NCBI GenBank assembly: GCA_024763275.1
Contig: JANTFT010000004.1
Coordinates: forward strand, 25,774 to 89,773
DNA from: Anaerolineales bacterium
Lineage (GTDB): Bacteria; Chloroflexota; Anaerolineae; Anaerolineales; UBA11858
DNA length: 64,000 nucleotides
Reading direction: 5' to 3'
Part shown: in pieces, positions 56,734 to 64,000 of the stretch
Layout of the letters: each line of letters starts with the position of its first letter
Numbering within the stretch: the stretch's first letter is position 1
Translations under genes and position numbers: made by a program
The notes under the pieces: generated by a model
The model's database searches: none
The model's input: only the letters and a program-made list of their open reading frames with translations
What the model was told of the DNA's origin: nothing

Positions 56734-58128
56734 ATGAAGAAGAAGTTTTTGTATCAGATTTTTGCGCTGCTCCTGATCCTGGGTTTGCTGGCTGGTGCGT
56801 GTGCGCCTGCCAAAGAGCCTGTTCAGGAAAAGCCCGCACAGGCAGAGCCCACGGTGGCAGAAGAAGCCGCCCCGACTGCGGAAGCTGAAGGGGAACAGGC
56901 TGAAGAGCCCGCCATGGAACCGGTCACCATCCAGGTCTTCTATCCTGTCGCGGTGGATGCTCCTATTGCCGAGATCCTGAAAGGCTACATCGAGGATTTC
57001 CAGGCTGAGTATCCCTACATCACCGTTGAGCCAGTCTTCTCTGGTGGATATGGGGATGTGCAAACCGCTATCCAGACCACCATTGACGGCGGCGGTGAGC
57101 CGCCTGCCCTGGCAGTGATGCTGGCAACTGCGCTGTATGACCTCATTAACGCTGACTACATCGTTCCCCTGGATGGTTACATCGCTGGTATGGAAGATGG
57201 CGATGCCTACCTGGCCGATTTCCTGCCTGCCTTCCTGGACAATTCCTACTATGACGACCAGCTCTGGAGCATCCCCTTCCAGCGCAGCGCTGTGGTGATG
57301 TACTACAATGTCGACAAGTTCGCCGAAGCTGGATTGGAACCCCCCACCAGCTGGCAGACCTGGGCGGAAGCTGCCCAGCAGCTGACCACCAAGGAAGGAG
57401 ATGCCACCAATTGGGGTCTGCAGTTCCCGTCCGGATGGCCTTACTGGCTGTTCCAGCCTCTGGCAATCGGCAGCGGACAGAACATCCTCGAGGATGACTG
57501 CACTGTTGTCTTTGACGACCCCGCTGTGATAGAAGCTGTTCAATTCTACATTGATCTGTCTGCTGTTTACGGCGCCATGCCGCCAGGCGTGCAGTCAGTT
57601 TGGCCAACTGCCACAACGGATTTCGCCAGCGGTTCAACCGCTATGATCACCCATTCCTCAGGAAGCTTGACCGGCATCCTCGATCAGGCAGAATTTGAGG
57701 TGGGCGTGATGCCCTATCCCGGTAAGCAGGAAGGCACCTATGCCAGCGTGCCAGGTGGGGGGAACTTCTACATCATGAAAGGCGCTCCCCAGGAAAAACA
57801 GGATGCTGCCTGGCTGTTTGTGGAATTCCTGAGCCGACCGGAATACGTTGCTGATTACAGCATCAACACTGGCTATATTGCCAACCGGGCCAGCGCTTAT
57901 GATACTGAGGCCATGCAGGCCTACACAGCCGAAGTCCCCCAGGCCCTGGCTACCAGAGATGCCCTGCAATACGCCGGAGCTGAACTGGCTACCCAGAACC
58001 TCGGCCAGGTGCGTGGGATCTTCCACGACTACCTGCAGCGGGCGTATAATGGCGAAATGTCCGCCGCTGACGCAATGGCTGCGGCTCAGGCGGAAGCCGA
58101 TACCGCTCTGGCAGATTTCTGCCCCTAG
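56734..58128 (+). CDS. carbohydrate ABC transporter substrate-binding lipoprotein
   Basis: MKKKF... with lipobox LLAGAC, an Ala/Glu/Pro-rich linker, and a family-1 solute-binding protein pattern. Confidence 0.9.
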   Translation: MKKKFLYQIFALLLILGLLAGACAPAKEPVQEKPAQAEPTVAEEAAPTAEAEGEQAEEPAMEPVTIQVFYPVAVDAPIAEILKGYIEDFQAEYPYITVEPVFSGGYGDVQTAIQTTIDGGGEPPALAVMLATALYDLINADYIVPLDGYIAGMEDGDAYLADFLPAFLDNSYYDDQLWSIPFQRSAVVMYYNVDKFAEAGLEPPTSWQTWAEAAQQLTTKEGDATNWGLQFPSGWPYWLFQPLAIGSGQNILEDDCTVVFDDPAVIEAVQFYIDLSAVYGAMPPGVQSVWPTATTDFASGSTAMITHSSGSLTGILDQAEFEVGVMPYPGKQEGTYASVPGGGNFYIMKGAPQEKQDAAWLFVEFLSRPEYVADYSINTGYIANRASAYDTEAMQAYTAEVPQALATRDALQYAGAELATQNLGQVRGIFHDYLQRAYNGEMSAADAMAAAQAEADTALADFCP

Positions 58129-58154
58129 ATCGGATGGATAGTTAAATGATCTAT

Positions 58155-58189
58155 AATGGGGTGACCGGGGGATCTCAGGTCACCCCATT
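58155..58189 (+). other. strong intercistronic hairpin between SBP and permease genes
   Basis: Perfect 12-bp stem AATGGGGTGACC / GGTCACCCCATT with an 11-nt loop and no U tract. Lies 8 nt upstream of the permease SD. Confidence 0.7.
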
Positions 58190-58209
58190 ATCATCACAAG
58201 GAGCCGGCC

Positions 58210-59103
58210 CTGGTCGCTAAAGCCACTCAGAAGCAGTTTAAAGCCCTGCCCTATCTGCTGATCTTTCCAACAGCCGCTTTTGTAGCTCTGTTTACGGCCT
58301 GGCCGGTAATCCTTTCCTTTTACCAGAGTTTCTTTCTTCAGCGGATGAACATCGCCCGCTTCAGGGAACCAACGTTCATTGGCTGGGGAAATTATGTCAA
58401 GCTTTTTTCAGACCCCTATTTCATTCAAGTCATCAAGAACACCCTGGTTTATGTCCTGGGAACTGTGCCGATCAGCATCATTCTGGGTTTTCTGTTCGCG
58501 CTGCTTGTCAACCGCAAGGTGCGCGGAATAGGATTTTTCCGGCTGGCATTTTTCCATCCCATGGTGCTCCCTATGGTTAGCGCGGCAACCATCTGGCTGT
58601 TTCTTTTCACACCAGATTACGGCTTGTTTAACACAGCCCTGCGATTTCTGGGGTATACCGGTCCTGAGAACTGGACAGGAAACCCTAACCTGGCATTATT
58701 ATCGGTCATCATTGTGGCGATCTGGAAGAACTCGGGATACTATATGGTCTTTTATCTGGCCGGGCTCCAAAACCTGCCGGAGGATGTCTTTGAGGCGGCA
58801 GCCCTGGATGGTGCTAACAGCTGGCAGACTTTATGGAAGATCACTTTTCCCATGCTGCGCAGGACCACCCTATTCATAACCATCGTGGCCTTTATTGATT
58901 CTTTCCGCACGGTGGACCATATTTTTGTGCTGACCAGTGGAGGTCCCAGCCGTGCCAGCACTGTGCTGCTCTTTGATCTCTGGTTGGAGCGTTTCGAGTA
59001 CCAGAACATTGGATCTTCCGCTGCGATAACGGTGATCTTTGTTATAGTTCTGCTGGCTTTTACCGTGACGAATTTTATTACCTCAGAGCGCAAGGAGGCC
59101 TGA
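58210..59103 (+). CDS. carbohydrate ABC transporter permease (MalF/UgpA-like), probable CTG start
   Basis: The frame is open from 58165. TM1 (ALPYLLIFPTAAFVALFTAWPVILSF) lies upstream of the first ATG (58345). There is no ATG/GTG/TTG in between. The CTG at 58210 is 6 nt after a perfect AAGGAG. Confidence 0.8.
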   Translation: MVAKATQKQFKALPYLLIFPTAAFVALFTAWPVILSFYQSFFLQRMNIARFREPTFIGWGNYVKLFSDPYFIQVIKNTLVYVLGTVPISIILGFLFALLVNRKVRGIGFFRLAFFHPMVLPMVSAATIWLFLFTPDYGLFNTALRFLGYTGPENWTGNPNLALLSVIIVAIWKNSGYYMVFYLAGLQNLPEDVFEAAALDGANSWQTLWKITFPMLRRTTLFITIVAFIDSFRTVDHIFVLTSGGPSRASTVLLFDLWLERFEYQNIGSSAAITVIFVIVLLAFTVTNFITSERKEA

Positions 59104-59110
59104 AAGAGGA

Positions 59111-59959
59111 ATGGAGAAACCGGGTTTGAGGAAGAGCCTCTGGCAGATCGGCACCTGGCTGACCAATATCCTGGCCACCGGGTTGGCTTTGCTGTGGTCG
59201 GTTCCGGTGATCTGGGCGTTGGTGGCATCCTTTCGCCCGGCCAGTGATGCTTTGAGCCGGGGAGATGTTTGGTTCAGTGACACTCTGACGCTGGAGAATT
59301 ACCTCCACGCCTGGTCCATGGCTCCCTTTGGCCGCTACTATATCAATACCATCCTGGTGGTCCTGACCATCCTGGTTGTGCAGCTGGTCACCATTGTCCT
59401 GGCTGGATTTGCCTTCGCCAACTATCAATTCTTCGGCAAAGGCTGGATCTTCTTTTTTGTGCTGTTGCAGATGATGATTCCCACCTCTGCTTTGCTGGCA
59501 CCCAACTTTTCAACCATTCGCACCCTGGGTATCTTTGATACCAGGCTGGCGATTGCCATTCCCTATTTCGGATCGGCTTTTGGCACCTTCCTGATGCGCC
59601 AGGCCTTTATTAGTGTTCCCAGGGACCTGGTGGATGCCGGGGTCATTGACGGCTGTTCCTGGTGGCAGCTGATTTTCCATGTCTACCTGCCGCCGTCTAT
59701 TCCTTCCCTGGTCGCCTTTGGTCTTTCCTCCGCTACCTGGCACTGGAATGAGTTCCTGTGGCCGCTGATCATCACCAACAGCGATAAAAGCCGGCCGCTG
59801 ACAGCTGGACTGGTCCGCTTTACCCAGCTGGGAGAGATTGGGGCTCAGTGGTCGCTGCTGACAGCGGCCACTTTGATGGTGGCTGCTCCGCTGTTCATTG
59901 TCTTCCTGATCTTCCAGCGCAGATTCATCCAGAGTTTTGTGCATTCCGGTCTGAAATAA
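59111..59959 (+). CDS. carbohydrate ABC transporter permease (MalG/UgpE-like)
   Basis: 282 aa, six TM, with an EAA-like loop (DAGVIDGCSWWQLIFHVYLP). Confidence 0.9.
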   Translation: MEKPGLRKSLWQIGTWLTNILATGLALLWSVPVIWALVASFRPASDALSRGDVWFSDTLTLENYLHAWSMAPFGRYYINTILVVLTILVVQLVTIVLAGFAFANYQFFGKGWIFFFVLLQMMIPTSALLAPNFSTIRTLGIFDTRLAIAIPYFGSAFGTFLMRQAFISVPRDLVDAGVIDGCSWWQLIFHVYLPPSIPSLVAFGLSSATWHWNEFLWPLIITNSDKSRPLTAGLVRFTQLGEIGAQWSLLTAATLMVAAPLFIVFLIFQRRFIQSFVHSGLK

Positions 59960-60105
59960 TCTCACTCACCCAAATTAGAACGCATCAGCCCGGCTGTCTT
60001 TATCCTGCCGTTGGAGTAGGATATACTCGTAAAGGGGATGTTGAAAGTGCCGCTGCCGGAGAGCCCAGTAGCTGGTGTGCTCTCATGTAAGGAGGGAAAA
60101 TTCCG

Positions 60106-60672
60106 ATGAAGAAATCTCTTGGTCCGCAAACCATGGTTTACCCCCTGCCGGTTTGGTGTGTGGGAACCTACGACAAGGCTGGAAAGCCCAACCTGGCCAC
60201 CGTGGCCTGGGCTGGGATCTGCTGTTCTAAACCTCCCTGTGTGGCTGTCTCACTGCGGGAGGCAACTTACACCTACGGAAACATCCTGGAGCGCGGCGCC
60301 TACACGGTCAACGTGCCCTCCGCTGCTTATGCGGCCGAGGCGGATTATTTCGGGATCGCCTCCGGTCGGGATGTCGACAAATTCCAGGAAAGCGGGTTGA
60401 CGCCTGTTCCCTCCGGGTTGGTGGATGCCCCTTATGTGGGGGAATTTCCCCTGGTGCTGGAATGCAAGCTTCTGCAGCATAATCAAATCGGATTGCACAC
60501 TCAGTTCATCGGTGAGATCATGGATGTCAAGGCTGAGGATGCCGTGCTGGGGCAAGACGGCAAGCCGGACATCAAAAGAATAGATCCAATTATCTATGCC
60601 ACCAAGGTCCAGCAATATTATCGAACAGGTGATTTGATCGGCAAGGCCTTTGCGATGGGCCGGAAACGCTGA
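60106..60672 (+). CDS. flavin reductase-like (FMN-binding split-barrel) protein
   Basis: 188 aa with the pattern P.PV..V.T....G.PN..T.AW typical of the flavin reductase domain. SD AAGGAGGG. Confidence 0.85.
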   Translation: MKKSLGPQTMVYPLPVWCVGTYDKAGKPNLATVAWAGICCSKPPCVAVSLREATYTYGNILERGAYTVNVPSAAYAAEADYFGIASGRDVDKFQESGLTPVPSGLVDAPYVGEFPLVLECKLLQHNQIGLHTQFIGEIMDVKAEDAVLGQDGKPDIKRIDPIIYATKVQQYYRTGDLIGKAFAMGRKR

Positions 60673-60816
60673 GCTGTCCAAAACCACCCCTCTGGGGTTC
60701 GGCAAACTGGCTGAATTTAATTCCACCCAGTGACCCGGGGCCGAGAGCCGTCTTTGTGACTCGAGTCACTGTTTTGCCGCTGGACGCTCCCTGTGCCCAA
60801 AATCAGGGCTTCCATT

Positions 60817-60825
60817 TGATATAAT
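60817..60825 (+). promoter_or_regulatory. candidate extended -10 promoter (TGATATAAT) upstream of the GNAT gene
   Basis: TGnTATAAT at 60817-60825 with no convincing -35. Lies about 80 nt upstream of the TTG start at 60906. Confidence 0.3.
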
Positions 60826-60905
60826 CGATGGCAGTTGGGAAAGGACCCCCGCTCCACTGCTGGATCGACCTCCAGGCAGTTATCTTCCCAACCTAGATTT
60901 GCGAT

Positions 60906-61322
60906 TTGAAGATATCCATCCGACCTTACCGCGAGGAAGACCAGGAAAGCGTTATTGAACTCTGGGATAAAGTATTCCCCGGTACCCCTCCTCTTAATAA
61001 CCCGGTCCGCGACCTCCGTACCAGACAGGAAATCCCCCCGGAGCTCTTTCTGGTCGCTGTCCACGCTGGCAGAATTGTAGGCTCTGTGATGGCCAGCTGC
61101 GACGGTCGGCAGGGCTGGGTCCACTACCTGGGCGTCGATCCTGATTACCGACGCCAGGGGATTGGCACAACCTTGATGAGGAGGATCGAGGCCAGCCTGG
61201 CGGGGATGGGTTGTGAGGACCTTCATTTCCAGATCTGGGCTCACAAAGATGAGGTACAGGCTTTTTATGAAAGCCTGGATTATATCCCGGAAGATCGCTT
61301 GAGCATGGGGAAAAAGCTCTGA
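60906..61322 (+). CDS. GNAT-family N-acetyltransferase (TTG start)
   Basis: 138 aa with acetyl-CoA motif RRQGIGTTLM. An in-frame stop at 60894 leaves TTG at 60906 as the only plausible start. Confidence 0.8.
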   Translation: MKISIRPYREEDQESVIELWDKVFPGTPPLNNPVRDLRTRQEIPPELFLVAVHAGRIVGSVMASCDGRQGWVHYLGVDPDYRRQGIGTTLMRRIEASLAGMGCEDLHFQIWAHKDEVQAFYESLDYIPEDRLSMGKKL

Positions 61323-61343
61323 AAGGCTGAAAAGGAGAGAAAG

Positions 61344-62213
61344 ATGAACATAGTAACTGATAGTGGAACCGATGTGAATTTCACCCCAGAGCAGGCGGCT
61401 GAATACAATGTGCATATTGTGCCTCTGACCGTGACCCTGGACGGGGTATCTTACCAGGAAAAGGTTGATATCCAGCCGGCCGAATTCTACCAGCTGCTGG
61501 AGAAGTCCAGCAGTTTGCCGATCACCTCCCAGCCCTCAGCCGGCCAGTTTGCTGAACTGTACCGGAAGTTAGCTGCAGATGACCCGGACATCCTTTCCAT
61601 CCATATGTCCTCGGGCTTAAGCGGGACGTACAACTCCTCCCTGGCGGGGGCGGAAATGGTCCCGGAAGCCAATGTCACAAATGTGGATACCAAAACCCTT
61701 TCCGCTGCGGCCGGCTGGCAGGTGGAAGCCGCTGCCAGGGCTAACAAGGCTGGCTGGGCCCTGGACCGCATCCTGGACATGCTGAAGCGCATCGGCGAAG
61801 CCTGTGACAGCATTTACACCCTGGATGAGCTCAAATACCTGATTCACGGGGGCAGGATCAGCCACATGAAGGGAATCATAGCCTCCCTGATCAATATCAA
61901 GCCGCTGATTGGCGTTGAAAAGGAGGGCGGAACTTACCGCCAGCTCGGCCAGGTACGGACTTTCAAGGGTGCCTTGAAAGGCCTGATCGAGCAGATCAAG
62001 AAGAGGTACCCTGCAGGGAGCGCGCTCCGGATGCAGGTGCTGCATTCCAACAACCCCGAGGCGGCGGGCTTTCTGAGAGGGGAGATTGATAAAGTGTTTG
62101 ACTGCAGCTGGCTGCCGCTTGGTCACCTGTCCCTGGTGCTGGGTGCGCATACCGGTCCCAGTATGGTCGGAGTCGCTTTTGGAGACTTGCGGGTCTTCGA
62201 TGAAATCCCCTGA
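61344..62213 (+). CDS. DegV-family fatty-acid-binding protein
   Basis: 289 aa. IVTDSGTD N-terminus, TSQPS and SSGLSGTY motifs. Confidence 0.9.
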   Translation: MNIVTDSGTDVNFTPEQAAEYNVHIVPLTVTLDGVSYQEKVDIQPAEFYQLLEKSSSLPITSQPSAGQFAELYRKLAADDPDILSIHMSSGLSGTYNSSLAGAEMVPEANVTNVDTKTLSAAAGWQVEAAARANKAGWALDRILDMLKRIGEACDSIYTLDELKYLIHGGRISHMKGIIASLINIKPLIGVEKEGGTYRQLGQVRTFKGALKGLIEQIKKRYPAGSALRMQVLHSNNPEAAGFLRGEIDKVFDCSWLPLGHLSLVLGAHTGPSMVGVAFGDLRVFDEIP

Positions 62214-62360
62214 TCATCCAGACAGTTAGGGTAATCGGGATGAATGGAGGTTTTTTCCCGGAATCCTGGCCCCTGCTCTCCTGCCCGGATCAGGCCCTCA
62301 GGCCTGGCGGCCGCAGTTCAAGACGGTAAGCATGACCAGTGAAGATAGTGAGGTGTTTAG

Positions 62361-62897
62361 ATGACCAAGTACACAGTTCTGGAGTCCAGCCGGACAGCCC
62401 TGCTGGTGATCGATGTGCAGCGGGCTTTGTTCACCCGCCCAAACCCGGTGTACGAGGAATCTAAAATGATCGGGATCATCAATGGGTTGGTGGAGCGAGC
62501 CCACCTATATGGGGTTCCTGTCGTTTTTATCCAGCATTCCAATGAGAAGATCCTGCAGAAGGGAAGCAATGGCTGGAAATTGCACCCTGCCCTGAATCCT
62601 GAGCCGGATGATTATAAGGTGCAGAAGACCAAGGGCAACTCTTTTCTGGAGCCAGCGCTGATGAGCATCATGGAAGCCCGGGACATCAGAAATGTGATCA
62701 TTACCGGACTGGTGACCCAGAACTGCGTCCGGGCCACCTCTCTGGGAGGCCTTAATCTGGGCTACCAGGTGCTGCTGGTCAAAGGCGGCCACAGCAATTA
62801 CAGCCAGGACCCGACTGTTGTAATTGAAAGGGTTGAGACCGAACTTGAGGGGGCTGGCGTCCACCTTGTGGATCCAGGTGAAATCGCCTTTCGCTAA
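62361..62897 (+). CDS. isochorismatase-family cysteine hydrolase
   Basis: 178 aa. ALLVIDVQ, K...F, and the catalytic TGLVTQNCV motif. Confidence 0.9.
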   Translation: MTKYTVLESSRTALLVIDVQRALFTRPNPVYEESKMIGIINGLVERAHLYGVPVVFIQHSNEKILQKGSNGWKLHPALNPEPDDYKVQKTKGNSFLEPALMSIMEARDIRNVIITGLVTQNCVRATSLGGLNLGYQVLLVKGGHSNYSQDPTVVIERVETELEGAGVHLVDPGEIAFR

Positions 62898-62941
62898 TAT
62901 AAGGTAACCCGCCGGTTTCTCCCTCATATTACCGCGTCTTC

Positions 62942-62975
62942 ACCCCCTGCTGTTAGAAGTGGGGGTTTTATTTTC
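62942..62975 (+). terminator. rho-independent terminator after the isochorismatase gene
   Basis: Stem ACCCCC / GGGGGT with a 13-nt loop, followed by TTTATTTTC. Confidence 0.6.
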
Positions 62976-62976
62976 T

Positions 62977-63063
62977 TACCGGGTAGGGTGACAGGCCCGA
63001 GGTGGAACTGGACGGGCCTGGTGCCAATCAAGGGCAGAGCGCCTGATTGGTACCCTACCCGGT
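62977..63063. other. nested inverted-repeat element predicted to fold as a three-helix junction (unclassified RNA or DNA element)
   Basis: Outer 12-bp perfect stem: 62978-62989 with 63052-63063. Inner 8-bp stem CAGGCCCG/CGGGCCTG: 62992-62999 with 63013-63020. Inner 7-bp stem CCAATCA/TGATTGG: 63024-63030 with 63044-63050. Both inner loops are 13 nt. Confidence 0.5.
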
Positions 63064-63182
63064 GATTAATTCTAGAGAACTGGGTTCTGTATTGATAAAT
63101 CCCTCCTCAGGGGCTGGGAGCGTTTCTCCGGGTACGTTAGAATCCTTGTGTCTGCCTAGCGTCCAGAGCAGTGGGGTGTGTT

Positions 63183-64000
63183 ATGAGATCTCTGTATGTA
63201 AGAATGTGCCTCCTCTTGGGGTGGTTTCTGGTTGCCGGTATAGTATTCTCCGGTGAGTCAGGCGCTGATATTAGAGACGATCTGGTTGTTCGGGATGCTG
63301 GTCTGGGCACCGATCCCTTTCTGGACCCGGGCTGTACGGTGATCTATGCAGCTGATGAGAACCAGGCTCTGGGGGGTAATAATGAGGATTATTCGGATCC
63401 CGACACCATGGTATGGTTCTTGCCGGCTGAAGATGAGCACTTCGGCCGGGTGCTGTTCGGGTATGAGAACTTTATCTGGCAGGGCGGCCTGAACGATCAG
63501 GGGTTGTTCTTTGATGCGCTGGCAACGGATGAGCGCATCTCGGTCTCAAAGGGGGATAAAACCCGCTATCCGGGATCCCTGCCCTGGAAGGCGCTGGCGG
63601 AATGCGCTGACGTAAAGTGCGTTAAGAAAATGTTCGAGGAATACCACGCCTACGATGAGTGGACTTTCCAGTTCATGTTTGGAGATGCCTATGGAAATTC
63701 AGTGATCATAGAACCGCTGACGATGATTGATGGTGGGGCGCCATTTCAAGTTGCAACAAACTTTTACCAATCCCGAACGAATATCACCGACTGCCGTTAT
63801 TGTGATCGCTACTGGACCGCCCGGAATCTCTTTGAAAAATCCCCCGACCTGTCTGTGGAATTGATGAGAGATATCTTAAATGCCGTTCATCTGGAAGGTG
63901 ATTATCCCACACAGTATTCCACCATCTATGATTTGAAGGGAGGACTGGTCTACCTGTACCATTTTCACAACTACAGCAGCGTTGTCATATTTAACCTGGC
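63183..64000 (+). CDS. Ntn-hydrolase (choloylglycine hydrolase / peptidase C45-like) family protein, 3' truncated by window end
   Basis: Not in the ORF track because it runs off the window. Own translation: MRSLYVRMCLLLGWFLVAGIVFSG...DPGCTVIYAADENQALGGNNEDY... This shows a signal peptide, then a Cys nucleophile followed by an NNED motif. Confidence 0.65.
   Translation, partial: MRSLYVRMCLLLGWFLVAGIVFSGESGADIRDDLVVRDAGLGTDPFLDPGCTVIYAADENQALGGNNEDYSDPDTMVWFLPAEDEHFGRVLFGYENFIWQGGLNDQGLFFDALATDERISVSKGDKTRYPGSLPWKALAECADVKCVKKMFEEYHAYDEWTFQFMFGDAYGNSVIIEPLTMIDGGAPFQVATNFYQSRTNITDCRYCDRYWTARNLFEKSPDLSVELMRDILNAVHLEGDYPTQYSTIYDLKGGLVYLYHFHNYSSVVIFNL

Noticed and set aside
56713-57543. 276-aa minus-strand ORF opposite the ABC substrate-binding protein gene
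   Set aside because: It is a shadow ORF. The plus-strand frame has a lipobox, an SD and family-1 SBP features.
58345-59103. ATG at 58345 as the permease start, as given in the ORF track
   Set aside because: It would delete the first conserved transmembrane helix, which is encoded in frame upstream. A CTG at 58210 with a perfect SD is preferred.
63021-63050. Hammerhead-ribozyme-like core (CTGATTGG) in the three-helix element
   Set aside because: The conserved CUGANGA ... GAAA catalytic core is not present, and the junctions are too short to hold it.
63047-63256. 69-aa plus-strand ORF upstream of the Ntn-hydrolase gene
   Set aside because: It starts inside the structured inverted-repeat element, is out of frame with the downstream gene while overlapping its start, and has no SD or motif.
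1-64000. Mobile elements, prophage, defence islands, CRISPR-Cas, toxin-antitoxin pairs, rRNA/tRNA genes
   Set aside because: I found no transposase, integrase, recombinase, Cas, restriction-modification or phage structural motifs in any frame I read. I saw no terminal inverted repeats flanking a gene block, and no tRNA or rRNA signatures.

Overview
This is a 64-kb, moderately GC-rich, densely coding bacterial chromosomal segment with about 63 protein genes. I recognised no rRNA, tRNA, CRISPR array, transposase, integrase or phage genes. The gene content suggests an anaerobic or facultative, possibly monoderm organism that may be Chloroflexota-like, but taxonomy cannot be established from this window. 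The supporting content is a tungsten-type aldehyde:ferredoxin oxidoreductase, Fe-ADH, a T-box leader, an LPXTG-type signal and selenium use. Most genes are housekeeping or accessory metabolism:
- serS with a T-box leader
- a b6-like Rieske/cytochrome b complex
- an AOR-ADH-SCP2 operon
- msrB-msrA-arsM-cat-bfr
- a GntR-controlled sugar ABC operon
- an ECF sigma / zinc anti-sigma pair
- a 1952-aa alpha-2-macroglobulin

Observations worth a second look:
1. selD is a UGA-recoded selenoprotein. The ORF track truncates it by 83 codons. TGA sits exactly at the catalytic Cys17 position, and SECIS-like hairpins follow it.
2. CotH kinase, DUF4956 membrane protein and a VTC/TTM polyphosphate-polymerase-like protein form a co-directional trio that is uncharacterised to my knowledge.
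3. The bc-type complex has a c-type haem domain fused to cytochrome b and ATGA-coupled genes.
4. A perfectly nested three-helix inverted-repeat element lies in an intergenic region.
5. The alpha-2-macroglobulin has no thioester motif.
6. An ABC permease gene has no canonical start codon.

All domain calls come from motif recognition by eye. No database searches were run.
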